DNA of 63,992 nucleotides from a virus, in the IMG/VR virus record IMGVR_UViG_3300048929_000258, positions 1 to 63,992 of that record. One strand, 5' to 3'. The notes below the pieces were generated by a model. It did not search any database. It was given only the letters and a program-made list of their open reading frames with translations, and had not been told where the DNA came from. The position numbers and the translations under genes were made by a program. Below, piece by piece: positions 7,489 through 16,962 of the stretch (positions are counted from its first letter, which is position 1; each line of letters starts with the position of its first letter).

Positions 7489-9939
7489 ATGGCTGCTAAT
7501 CGTTCACTTGGTACACTGACCCTTCAGCTCATTGCTCAGATCGGTGGGTTCACCAAGCCACTGGACGATGCGGCTAGCAAGTCTCAGAAGACGTTCGACA
7601 CCATCGAGAAGTCAGCAGAAGCATTTAGCGACCAGCTGAAAGACGTTTTTGCCAATGCCTTTGCCGGCTTGGGGCTGGTCGCTTCTCTCGACAAGTTCGT
7701 TGAGTCGGTCAAAGAATCGCTCAACGTGATGGATGAGATGAGTAAGTCTGCGCAGCGCGTAGGCTTGTCGACTGAAGCGTTCTCATCGCTTGCCTTTGCC
7801 GCGAAACTTGCAGACGTCAACACTGACGCTTTGCAGGGTACGCTCGGCAAACTCATCAAGAACCTCGCGGCAGCGCAAGACCCTGCATCGCAGCAAGCAA
7901 AAGTATTCTCAGCACTTGGCATCTCTACCAAGACTGCCAGCGGCCAGATTCGCGATAGCGAGTCGGTGCTTAAGGACTTCGCAGATCGTTTCAAGGAGCT
8001 GGATGGAAGCCCTGAAGCGATTGCTGCTGGAATGGTTATCTTCGGAAAGAGTTTCCAAGACATCATCCCGTTGCTCAAGGATGGTGCTGATGGCATCTCT
8101 GACGCGCAAGCTGAAGCGGTCAAGTTGAACCAAGTCATCAGCACGGACAATGGTAAGGCTGCTGAAGAATTCAATGACAACCTTACGCGCCTTCAGAGCG
8201 CGGTCGAAGGTGTGTACAATGCAGTTGCAGCAAAGTTGCTCCCCCAGCTAGAGAACTGGAGTGACGAGACGGTTGCGCTGGTTGAGGAAAACGGAAAACT
8301 AGATGATGTTGCTACTGCATTGTATGATGGCCTTCAAGCGCTCGGCGCAATCGCTAATGTAGTTGCTGCCGGGTTCAAGTTTATCACTGCTGCGGTGCAG
8401 ACGACTGCGACTGCCGCTGCCGCATTGGTAACGATTTGGAAGCAGACTGACAATAACAATCCGTTTGATCAGGACATGTGGAAACAGGTTGGTCAATCTG
8501 TTACCAACATGAATGATCAGATCAAGGATATTTGGGCGAATGCCGCCAAAGGCATTGATGACTCGTTCGACGCGGCCGGCAACAACATCAAGCGCATCCA
8601 AGGTCAGCTTGTAGACCTTAACAAGCAGCAGCTGCAAAAAGGCGCGAACAATTTCATTGATAGCATCTTTGGAACCGATCAAGACGCTGACGATAAGAAA
8701 GCTAAGCTTACGAAGAATCTGCAAGACGTCTTCGGGAACTCAGACAAGTACAGTAAGGAAGCACAAAAGGCTGCCGATGAACTCGCCGCAGCCTATGCTA
8801 AGTTGAATGATGCTGTTGCGAAGACAACTGAGTCGCTCGATCCCAATCAGCAAGCCTATGCGAAGTATGCGGAGACCGTTCGCAATATCGATCAACTTGG
8901 CGCTGAGGCTATCAAGAAGGGCGGTGATGTTGTCTATGTTCAGCAGCAGGTTGCGCAAGCTGTAGATGCTGCACAGAAGAAGCTCGCGCAAGACCTAGCC
9001 GCGCCGATGCAGGCAGCGCAGGCTTACGCTGATGCTCTCCAGTCTCAGCTTGATGCTCACAAGCAGCTGATTCAAACGCAAGTCGATGCCATTGGCATGG
9101 GCACGAAGGAAGCTGCCAATCAGCAAGCGCTCGCGAAAGTCTATCAGGATGGCGTCAAGGCTATCTCTGATTACCAAAAGGCATATGATGAGAGCGTAGC
9201 AAAGGGCAAGCCCAACGCGACGCCTGATCAGTATCAGGCTCAGTTGAAGTCGCTGCAGGATTATTGGTCGCAGTACTACCAAGACACTAAGGACGGTCAG
9301 GATGCTGTAGACAGACAACAAGCCAACTGGATGAATGGAGCTATCTCCGCTTGGCAGAACTTCTTCGATGAGCAGTCGAATGCTGCGAAGATTGCGCAAG
9401 GACTCACCAACGATTTCTTCAATGATGCGTCTAGCGACCTATCAGACTTCATTTCTGGCACCAAGAGTGCCAATGATGCGTTGAAGGATTTCATCAACAA
9501 CTTCGAACAGCAAATCACTCAAGCTGTCTCCAAGCAGCTGCTCAAGAATCTGTTCAACATTGGTAACGATAGTGGCAGCAGCAGTGGCGGCTGGCTATCT
9601 CAATTGCTTAGCTCCTTTAACAACGGTGGCAGCAGCGGAAGTTCATCTAGTGTTTCCGATGCAATCGGACAATATGGTTGGGCGAACGGTGGCACTGTTC
9701 CTGCTGGCGCTTTCGGCCGAGTTGTCGAGCGCGGCCCGGAATTGCTTTCTGTTGGCGGTGAGGACTACTTGATGATGGGTAGTCAGACTGGTCGTGTAAC
9801 GCCGAACAATCAGTTGACTGGCGGTGGAGTGAACGTCACTAACAACTTCAACCTCGCGGCACCAACCAATCCCCTAACGCAGTCACAGATTGCCAACAAG
9901 GCGACTTATGAGCAGCGCCGCGCAGCGAGGCTTTCCTAA
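7489..9939 (+). CDS. Tape measure protein
   Basis: 816 aa, the largest tail ORF, with an A/Q/K-rich coiled-coil composition. It directly follows the G/GT chaperones. There is a Ser/Gly-rich stretch near the C-terminus (GNDSGSSSGG...GGSSGSSSSVSD). Confidence 0.85.
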   Translation: MAANRSLGTLTLQLIAQIGGFTKPLDDAASKSQKTFDTIEKSAEAFSDQLKDVFANAFAGLGLVASLDKFVESVKESLNVMDEMSKSAQRVGLSTEAFSSLAFAAKLADVNTDALQGTLGKLIKNLAAAQDPASQQAKVFSALGISTKTASGQIRDSESVLKDFADRFKELDGSPEAIAAGMVIFGKSFQDIIPLLKDGADGISDAQAEAVKLNQVISTDNGKAAEEFNDNLTRLQSAVEGVYNAVAAKLLPQLENWSDETVALVEENGKLDDVATALYDGLQALGAIANVVAAGFKFITAAVQTTATAAAALVTIWKQTDNNNPFDQDMWKQVGQSVTNMNDQIKDIWANAAKGIDDSFDAAGNNIKRIQGQLVDLNKQQLQKGANNFIDSIFGTDQDADDKKAKLTKNLQDVFGNSDKYSKEAQKAADELAAAYAKLNDAVAKTTESLDPNQQAYAKYAETVRNIDQLGAEAIKKGGDVVYVQQQVAQAVDAAQKKLAQDLAAPMQAAQAYADALQSQLDAHKQLIQTQVDAIGMGTKEAANQQALAKVYQDGVKAISDYQKAYDESVAKGKPNATPDQYQAQLKSLQDYWSQYYQDTKDGQDAVDRQQANWMNGAISAWQNFFDEQSNAAKIAQGLTNDFFNDASSDLSDFISGTKSANDALKDFINNFEQQITQAVSKQLLKNLFNIGNDSGSSSGGWLSQLLSSFNNGGSSGSSSSVSDAIGQYGWANGGTVPAGAFGRVVERGPELLSVGGEDYLMMGSQTGRVTPNNQLTGGGVNVTNNFNLAAPTNPLTQSQIANKATYEQRRAARLS

Positions 9940-10541
9940 TGTTCATCAACGCTGAGCTAGACATCTGCCCAAGTTACGGATGGCAAGGCGGTCCGTCTTT
10001 CAACACGCGCATCATCACGACTCAGGCTTGGATCGAGAGGCGCAACGCCAACAACATTGAATGCCGTCATACCTACTCGCTGCCTTTGCAGAATATTCGC
10101 GATGATGTGTATCTCACAGAGTTGAAGCAGATGTTCTTGGCAGCGCGCGGCATGCTGCATTCCTTCATGGTGAAGGACTACAGCGACTTCGAAGCAAACG
10201 CTGAAGTCTTTATGCAAGGCGATGGTACCACCAAGGTCTTTCAGCTTTCCAAGACTTCGACGTTTGGCGTTGCAAGTTATGTGCGCGTCATTACCAAGCC
10301 AGTTGGTACCATCGTCATCACGCTTAATGGTGTTACGACGGCCGCGACAGTCGATTTGCTTACTGGCTTGGTTACGTTTGCGAGCGCCCCAACTCTAGGA
10401 GTAATTGGCCGCTGGTCTGGACAATTTCGGGTACCAGTCCGCTTCAATAGTGATGCTCTCAGTAGCACTATCGACAATCGCAACAATGGCGATTATTTGA
10501 TGAATGGTAGTGTTGACTTGATTGAGGTATTTGGCGAATGA
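9939..10541 (+). CDS. Distal tail protein, DUF2460 (RcGTA g12-like)
   Basis: 200 aa with a TAATG junction. CPSYGWQGGPSFNTRIITTQAWIERRNAN and FLAARGMLHSFMVKDYSDF follow the DUF2460 pattern. Confidence 0.7.
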   Translation: MFINAELDICPSYGWQGGPSFNTRIITTQAWIERRNANNIECRHTYSLPLQNIRDDVYLTELKQMFLAARGMLHSFMVKDYSDFEANAEVFMQGDGTTKVFQLSKTSTFGVASYVRVITKPVGTIVITLNGVTTAATVDLLTGLVTFASAPTLGVIGRWSGQFRVPVRFNSDALSSTIDNRNNGDYLMNGSVDLIEVFGE

Positions 10542-11449
10542 GTGGCCGTCTCATCCCGACTCCCATCCAGCTAGCCGTTGACAGTCCAGCGTCAACGCTC
10601 ACGCGGCTGCTACGCGTGCTGTTGGCGAATGGAACGAGTTATGGATTGTGCATGAGCAACCAAGATGTCATCTATGATCACGGTGATGGTCCGATCACTT
10701 ATGTTGCTACCAACGGTTTCGATCCAAGCGCATTTAGCTCGGATATTGCCTACTCAGTAGACAATGCTGAAGGCTACGCGCTCATCAGCGATGATGTGCC
10801 TGGTGTTACTCAAGAAATGGTTGATGCTGGAGTTATGGATAGTGCACAATGGGTTTGCTACTATGTTGACTATCTGAATCCTGCAACTGGAAGTGCGGTT
10901 ATCCTCGATGCTGGCGATATAGGACAAGTGCGAACGCAATATGGGATGCTCTGGATTCCTGAGCTGCTGTCTTACATTATGCGGCTCAAGCAAACAATTG
11001 GCGATGTTTGGTCGCGTACCTGCCGCGCTGATTTCGGATCGCCCGCGCCTAGTCCTCATGGCTGCGGCATTGATGCGGATGCGCTCTGGCAGAACTTTAC
11101 GGTGGTGTCGGTTGGTGCAGAAAATGATCGCACATTTACTGCTAGTGGCCTTACGCAAGACCCTGACAAGCCGTTCTATCCAGGGAAGGTAGATTGGCTG
11201 ACAGGAGACAACGCTGGGCGTCGAGTTGCGACTGAATCCTTTACAGTGGATGGAAGCAATGGGGACATTACACTATTGGAAACGGTTTCTTATCCAATAC
11301 AGGTCGGTGACACCGGTCGTCTTCGTCCAGACTGCAACAAGACCAAGGATCAGTGCGACAAGTATGACAACTATGTCAACATGAAAGCTGAGCCGCTTAT
11401 TCCGGTAGGCGATACTGCTGCGATCCAGATTCCGGGAGCCCAGACGTGA
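10538..11449 (+). CDS. Tail protein, DUF2163 + BR0599-type C-terminus (RcGTA g13-like)
   Basis: 303 aa with an ATGA overlap. The C-terminal CNKTKDQCDKYDNYVNMKAEPLIP Cys motif matches the g13/BR0599 type. Confidence 0.65.
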   Translation: MSGRLIPTPIQLAVDSPASTLTRLLRVLLANGTSYGLCMSNQDVIYDHGDGPITYVATNGFDPSAFSSDIAYSVDNAEGYALISDDVPGVTQEMVDAGVMDSAQWVCYYVDYLNPATGSAVILDAGDIGQVRTQYGMLWIPELLSYIMRLKQTIGDVWSRTCRADFGSPAPSPHGCGIDADALWQNFTVVSVGAENDRTFTASGLTQDPDKPFYPGKVDWLTGDNAGRRVATESFTVDGSNGDITLLETVSYPIQVGDTGRLRPDCNKTKDQCDKYDNYVNMKAEPLIPVGDTAAIQIPGAQT

Positions 11450-11889
11450 CGAAGGATAGCCAAAAAGCAGTATTCGTCGCCCATGCACGTAGCCTTCTAG
11501 GCGCGCGCTGGCGCCATCGGGGTAGGAAGCCATGGGCGCTCGATTGCGTCGGTCTCGTAGTGTTGTCTGCAAGGGCTGCAGGATGGCCGGTTCAGGACCA
11601 AGATCACTACGGGCGCGAGCCTTGGGATGATAGACTGCGAAAGGAGATGCGCCGGCAGCTTGGTGAACCGATCTTGGATAAAGCAGACGCTGAACCGGGC
11701 GACGTGGCGCTGGTGCGCTGGTATGCCAAAGAACCTTCTCATGTTGCCATTATCGCAGATTACATCCACGGTGGTTTGTCGCTGATTCATTGCGAGAACT
11801 TGCACGGCTGCGTTGAGCATGGGATGGACGATTACTATGCGTCTTGCGTGATGGAGGTATATCGGCCATGCGCCAAGTTCTGCCAGTAG
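11446..11889 (+). CDS. NlpC/P60-family peptidase (RcGTA g14-like)
   Basis: 147 aa with a GTGA overlap. ARSLLGARWRHRGRKPWALDCVGLV holds the NlpC/P60 catalytic Cys context. Confidence 0.7.
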   Translation: MTKDSQKAVFVAHARSLLGARWRHRGRKPWALDCVGLVVLSARAAGWPVQDQDHYGREPWDDRLRKEMRRQLGEPILDKADAEPGDVALVRWYAKEPSHVAIIADYIHGGLSLIHCENLHGCVEHGMDDYYASCVMEVYRPCAKFCQ

Positions 11890-12869
11890 TTGGCGCCGCT
11901 ATCGGCGCATATTTTGGCGGTCAAGCAGGCGCACAGATTGGCTGGGCTATTGGCTCTGTCATTGGCAACGCTGTTGATCCTCAGGTCATCAAGGGACCAT
12001 CACTAGGCGATCTGTCACAGCAAACCGCTCAAGAAGGCGGCCCGCGCGGCATCGTGTTTGGTTTATCGCAACCGATGTCTGGTAACATCGTTTTTTGTAG
12101 CAAGCCAGTCATCAAGACTGTCGAACAACAAAGCGGTAAAGGTGGCGGACCAATCACAGAGTCGCAAAAGGTCTATCGCACCTATGCGATTGGGATTTGT
12201 GAAGGACCAATCACCGCGATCATTCGCGTCTGGAAGAATGGTAAGCTGGTGTATGACGCTCGCCCTGGCGGAGATGCTAGCAACAATGCAAAGTTCCTTG
12301 CTGCTACTCGCATTTTCCTTGGCGACTATGCACAAATGCCTTCACCAGACATTGAAGCAATTGTTGGCGCTGGCGAAGCCCCGGCGATGCGAGGCACTTG
12401 CTACATTTGCCGACCGAATGAAGATTTGACTGATCAAGGCGGTGCAGTTCCGCAGTTTGTTTTCCAAGTGCTGCGTTGCGAAGGGCAACTGTACACCAGT
12501 CGCCCATATGCAGTGGAAGTGCTGGATGATATCAGTACGAATATGGTGACGATTAAGGTCGAGCCGCAGCCTTATGTGATTCAGGCTCCTGATGTTATGC
12601 AGAGCGTCATGCAGTTGTTGAGCATCACTCGTTTTGGCGGACAAGTCAATTTCACCTTGCCGAATGAAGACAAGGTACAATCGACCTTGCAGATACTGAG
12701 CATCACTCGCTTTGGTTCGGAAGTGAATTTGCTGATGCCGAATGAAGACAAGGTTCAATCGACCGTCACTATTACATCTATCACAAGATTCGGCGGCCAA
12801 GTTGGCTATACCACACAGACAGATGAAGTTCAAGCTTCCATTGAAATTTTGTCCATTACTCGGAGTTAG
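11868..12869 (+). CDS. Central tail / host-specificity protein, N-terminal J-like part with a repeat tail
   Basis: 333 aa from ATG 11868 (frame open from 11844). GPRGIVFG, YRTYAIGICEGPI and VWKNGKLVYD resemble the N-terminal region of lambda J / RcGTA g15-type proteins. The C-terminus carries 3.3 tandem repeats (LSITRFGGQV...). Confidence 0.6.
   Translation: MRQVLPVVGAAIGAYFGGQAGAQIGWAIGSVIGNAVDPQVIKGPSLGDLSQQTAQEGGPRGIVFGLSQPMSGNIVFCSKPVIKTVEQQSGKGGGPITESQKVYRTYAIGICEGPITAIIRVWKNGKLVYDARPGGDASNNAKFLAATRIFLGDYAQMPSPDIEAIVGAGEAPAMRGTCYICRPNEDLTDQGGAVPQFVFQVLRCEGQLYTSRPYAVEVLDDISTNMVTIKVEPQPYVIQAPDVMQSVMQLLSITRFGGQVNFTLPNEDKVQSTLQILSITRFGSEVNLLMPNEDKVQSTVTITSITRFGGQVGYTTQTDEVQASIEILSITRS
12609..12869 (+). 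repeat. In-frame tandem repeat, period 78/78/75 bp (about 26 aa, SITRFG core)
   Basis: The SIT codons recur at 12621, 12699, 12777 and 12852. Repeat units are LSITRFGGQVNFTLPNEDKVQSTLQI, LSITRFGSEVNLLMPNEDKVQSTVTI, TSITRFGGQVGYTTQTDEVQASIEI and LSITRS. Confidence 0.85.
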
Positions 12870-12874
12870 CCACA

Positions 12875-13834
12875 ATGACCGTCAAGCCTAACTTTGTTCT
12901 AGAAGCTGCAGTTGAAGGCCGCTACATTGTTGAGCGCTTCAAAGGCGGCGAAGATGGTCTGCCTTATGGTGAGTGTCTGGAGCGTTTGGAATTCAAGAAC
13001 ATTATCACCAATACAGGCATGGGGAAAATCTATCTATGCGGGCACGATGGATTCGGTATTGGCTACGTATTCTCAGCTTGTGTCGTTGGCACTGGCAATA
13101 CTGCTGTCGCAAAAACTGATACCTCTCTTGCTGTTTGGCTGGCAACAGCAGACAATGGTCAATATCAGCCATCAGCAACATACGTCGCAGGATCGCCTTC
13201 GCCTGCGTATTGGAAGCTGGTTGGTGGATACCAATTTGCTACAGGCGTTGCTGCCGGCAACATTGCTGAGATTGGCATCTATTCATATGGTGCAAGTAAG
13301 ACTGCGCTGACGAGCCGCGCGTTGATCTTGGATACCAGTGGAAATCCTACCACCATCACTGTTCAGTCAGATGAGGTGCTGAATGTTACTTATGAATTCC
13401 GCGTATACATTCAGACCACCGATATCAGCAGCACTTTCGTTTCTGATGGCGTGACATACAATACTGTGCTGCGCCCATCAAATATCAATTCTCCAGGCGG
13501 CATTGCCAATGATATGTCCACGCAAGTTGCAAGTTGCTGGGCATATTCTGGAGCTTTGGGTGCTATTACCGCAGCGCCCGCTGGAAGCAGCATCAGCAAG
13601 AATTCTGGCTTTTCGAATTATTTGCTTAGTGGAGATACCGCACAAGTTGATACCTCTTTCCTATTCGGGGTAAATGATGCGAACTACACTAATGGAATTC
13701 AAGCATTCAACTTCACCACGAAGTATCATCAATTTCAGATGAGCTTCATTGATCCGCTAACTAGCAAAGGCATCCCTAAAGTTAGCGGTCAGCAGATGAT
13801 CGTTGCTGCTCGCTTTCTTTGGACGAGACTCTAA
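12875..13834 (+). CDS. Tail-associated protein of unknown function
   Basis: 319 aa ORF with beta-rich S/T/G composition, inside the distal tail module between the two J-like ORFs. Confidence 0.55.
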   Translation: MTVKPNFVLEAAVEGRYIVERFKGGEDGLPYGECLERLEFKNIITNTGMGKIYLCGHDGFGIGYVFSACVVGTGNTAVAKTDTSLAVWLATADNGQYQPSATYVAGSPSPAYWKLVGGYQFATGVAAGNIAEIGIYSYGASKTALTSRALILDTSGNPTTITVQSDEVLNVTYEFRVYIQTTDISSTFVSDGVTYNTVLRPSNINSPGGIANDMSTQVASCWAYSGALGAITAAPAGSSISKNSGFSNYLLSGDTAQVDTSFLFGVNDANYTNGIQAFNFTTKYHQFQMSFIDPLTSKGIPKVSGQQMIVAARFLWTRL

Positions 13835-14415
13835 TGCTACCGCAGAACGTTCTATCGACTGCAGTTATGTCAGCGGCCTTCCTGCCGCCGCGCAATGCAC
13901 CACCACAGCAACTCATTGATTACGAAATGGGTGGTGCAGGCATTTCTGATCCGTCGCGAGGCTTGATGGTAAAGGCTTGGCGCATGCGTTGGATTGAAGG
14001 CGATTTCATTATTGATGCGCAGGGAACGCCCGCGCAAACCGTTTACAGTCGAGCAGGCGTTACTGAGTTCTCATTTACCTTTGATCAGAACATGAAAGTA
14101 TTCTTGACGTTCGTTGATGCGACTGGTGCTTACTATTATTGGTATGATGCCACCATCCCCGGCTACACGCTCGTTGCGTTGGCAAGTGGCATCATTACTC
14201 CTAAGTGCAGTCTTGATGACAAGCGCCTGAATCAAGTTAGCATCAGCGACATCATCTTGGCATATATTCGTTCAGGCAATCTGTACTATCGCCAGCAACG
14301 GGATCGCTTCGGAACGGAACGTTTGCTAAAGGCCGGAGTTGGAGGATATCTACGTCGCATTGGCATGAATGAAATCTTGCGCTTTCAATTCGACATCGGG
14401 CAGACACCTGTATGA
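13834..14415 (+). CDS. Tail-associated protein of unknown function
   Basis: 193 aa from ATG 13834 (TAATG junction; frame open from 13819). ATGA overlap with the downstream J-like gene. Confidence 0.55.
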   Translation: MLPQNVLSTAVMSAAFLPPRNAPPQQLIDYEMGGAGISDPSRGLMVKAWRMRWIEGDFIIDAQGTPAQTVYSRAGVTEFSFTFDQNMKVFLTFVDATGAYYYWYDATIPGYTLVALASGIITPKCSLDDKRLNQVSISDIILAYIRSGNLYYRQQRDRFGTERLLKAGVGGYLRRIGMNEILRFQFDIGQTPV

Positions 14416-16103
14416 CCAATGCAATTGACAATCCGAATGGTGGGCACTTCGGTGGCGCGGCAGATGACGTCGCTGCAGGAATGTGCAACTATTCTCTCGC
14501 AAGCATCTTGATGGAGTTAGCTGTGCGCGCAGGTATGGACCCTCGCACAGTGGACGCATCTCGTCTTCAAGGTATTGGCGTGCGGGGATTTACGGTTGTC
14601 AATCAGTATGCTTGTAGCGCTGCGATGCAAGCGCTTAGTCAAATCTTCCTGTTTGATCCTTCGAACTATGATGGTGTCGTTCATTTTGTGCCGCGCGGCG
14701 ATGATGCTGTTGCTACTATCACAGAAGATGATTTAGTGCTTGACGATGTAACGCAGGGTGCGAATGATCCAACGCAGAATACACGCAGTGATGCTATCAC
14801 CATTCCGGCTCGGCTGAATCTGAACTACTATGACATTGCCGGTGGTCTCGCCACGTCGCTTCAAATCAGTCAACGTGATGGCGATCCGCGTGCTACTGGC
14901 AGTCAAGATTTGTCCACAACCATCATTCTTAGCGCTGATGAAGCAATGCGTGTTGTTCGCATCAACCATCAAGTAATGGTGGAAGATCAAAAGAATCAGT
15001 TCAACCTAACGTTGACAGATAAGTTCATCGGTCTAGTTCCAGCGCAGAACGTTTTCGTACAAAACAACGGGAAGGTACGCCGCGCTCGCATTACACAGAT
15101 CGATATGTATGATGGTAAACAGACCTATCAGATGTTACAAGATAGGCAGAGCGCTTACGGGAGCGACGCTCAAGGCTATCCTGCATATATTCCAACGCCG
15201 CCGCCGAGTGCTGTTATCGGTCAGACGTTGATTGAAGCTCTGGACATTCACATCATCTCTGATCGCGATGATTCGCTTGGCTGCTACATCGCAGTCAGTG
15301 GACAGACGCAATCTTGGCAAGGCGCATTGATTGAGCTATCCATTGATGGTGGTGCGAACTACATTGATAGCTTTACGGCCAACTCTTGGACAGTCATGGG
15401 ACATCTCGTCGGAACGCTTGGCGCAGGATCACCGGATGTTCCAGATGAAGGCAATAGCTGTGAGATTTATTTGCCGCTTCAGTTTGCCTCTCTCAATTCA
15501 GCAAGTCAGGCCCAAATGCAAAGTGGAGCAAATCTTTGCATCATAGGCAATGAGATGCTACAGTTTGGTAACGCAGCAGAGACGAGTACAGAGGGGACTT
15601 GGACGATTGATTATTTCTTCCGTGGTCGCAAGAGCACAGCTCCAGTTGCGCACAGCGACGGTGAGCGATTCGTTTTGTTGACGCGCAATTCGCTTTATTA
15701 CATTCCAGCTGAACTGTCTTACCTTGGTCGAAGCATCACACTGCGTGCGACCTCTCTCAATGGTGATGATACGGATGTTGTTACGACGACATTTGTATAC
15801 ACTGGCCAAAGTCAAGTTGAGCGTCCAGTTGCTTACCTAAGCGCTTATCGTGATACATCAGATGATGCTAACATCTCTTGGCAGGGCATCTGGAAGCTTG
15901 GTGCGGGCGCGCGCGTTGGCGCAGGTGTTCATTGGCTTGGCTATCAGATCACACTCACCGATGGATCCACAACTCAAGTCTTCAATCAGCTGACAGATGA
16001 ATTGGTTACATCGTTGGCTGCTTTCAGCGGTCCTGTAACCATCACCGTGGTTCAGCTTAATGGACTCACTGGCGCTGGCCCGGCAACCTCCGTGATCATC
16101 TAA
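14412..16103 (+). CDS. Host-specificity / central tail fibre protein (Phage-tail_3-like, RcGTA g15 / lambda J-like C-terminal part)
   Basis: 563 aa. SILMELAVRAGMDPRTVDASRL..VRGFTV, ALSQIFLFDP...VHFVPRG and LNLNYYD...ISQRDG follow the conserved body of g15/J-type tail proteins. Confidence 0.65.
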   Translation: MTNAIDNPNGGHFGGAADDVAAGMCNYSLASILMELAVRAGMDPRTVDASRLQGIGVRGFTVVNQYACSAAMQALSQIFLFDPSNYDGVVHFVPRGDDAVATITEDDLVLDDVTQGANDPTQNTRSDAITIPARLNLNYYDIAGGLATSLQISQRDGDPRATGSQDLSTTIILSADEAMRVVRINHQVMVEDQKNQFNLTLTDKFIGLVPAQNVFVQNNGKVRRARITQIDMYDGKQTYQMLQDRQSAYGSDAQGYPAYIPTPPPSAVIGQTLIEALDIHIISDRDDSLGCYIAVSGQTQSWQGALIELSIDGGANYIDSFTANSWTVMGHLVGTLGAGSPDVPDEGNSCEIYLPLQFASLNSASQAQMQSGANLCIIGNEMLQFGNAAETSTEGTWTIDYFFRGRKSTAPVAHSDGERFVLLTRNSLYYIPAELSYLGRSITLRATSLNGDDTDVVTTTFVYTGQSQVERPVAYLSAYRDTSDDANISWQGIWKLGAGARVGAGVHWLGYQITLTDGSTTQVFNQLTDELVTSLAAFSGPVTITVVQLNGLTGAGPATSVII

Positions 16104-16113
16104 GGGAATTATC

Positions 16114-16962
16114 ATGAGCGACTCTCCTAGCAACGAAATTCCCTATGTGCCGCAGGACACCACCGATCCTGCTGCCGGGCTAAATCTGTCTATCGATGTG
16201 ATTGATGCGCTGCTAAACACGCGCGTGATTGATATGACGCATAGTGCGCCTCCTGGCGGAACGCCTAGCGATGGCGACATGTACATGGTGAAGGCTACAG
16301 GCACAGGAGCTTGGGCTGGGCACAACAATGCTATCGCTCGATATGTCGCAGCAAGCAACACTTGGAAGTTTTTTGCTGCTGGCGTACAGGCTTGGCTGTT
16401 CATCAATCAAGATGATGGAAATTTGTACCGCTGGTTTAGCGGGTCATGGTCTGCTGCTAGTGGCGTGGGCGATGCACCGATGGATGGACTTCTCTATGCG
16501 CGTCGTAATGGCAACTGGCAATCGATTCCACAGACCAGTGGCGTGGAGAGCGTTAATGGAGAAACGCCAGACAGCTCCGGCAATATTGAGCTGACGTTCT
16601 TACAATCGCTGGTTGCTGCTTGTTCTGATGAGAGCACAGCGTTGACAACTGGAACGGCAAAGGTTACTTTCCGCAATCCGTATGCGACGGCCTTTCACAT
16701 CACCCATGTTAAGGCTTCATTGACAACTGCACAAGCTACAGGTTCAGTGCTTACTGTCGACATCAATGAAGCTGGCGCCAGCATCCTTTCGACAAAGCTC
16801 ACTTTCGACAATACGGAAAAGACGACAGAGAGCGCTGCGACGCCTCCTGTTGTGTCTGATAACTCTATCGCAGCGGATGCGGAGATTACAGTTGACATTG
16901 ATCAGGTTGGCGATGGTACTGCCAAGGGCTTGAAGGTCTACATCATTGGGTATCCGCTGTGA
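16114..16962 (+). CDS. DUF2793-domain tail fibre protein
   Basis: 282 aa. PPGGTPSDGDMYMVKATGTGAWAGHNNAIARYVAASNTWKFFAAGVQAWLFINQDDGNLYRWFSGSW is the DUF2793 signature. Confidence 0.65.
   Translation: MSDSPSNEIPYVPQDTTDPAAGLNLSIDVIDALLNTRVIDMTHSAPPGGTPSDGDMYMVKATGTGAWAGHNNAIARYVAASNTWKFFAAGVQAWLFINQDDGNLYRWFSGSWSAASGVGDAPMDGLLYARRNGNWQSIPQTSGVESVNGETPDSSGNIELTFLQSLVAACSDESTALTTGTAKVTFRNPYATAFHITHVKASLTTAQATGSVLTVDINEAGASILSTKLTFDNTEKTTESAATPPVVSDNSIAADAEITVDIDQVGDGTAKGLKVYIIGYPL

Noticed and set aside
12609-12869. Diversity-generating retroelement target (variable repeat) in the tail fibre region
   Set aside because: No reverse transcriptase gene or template-repeat copy occurs elsewhere in the genome. 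The repeats are tandem and in frame, consistent with ordinary structural repeats.
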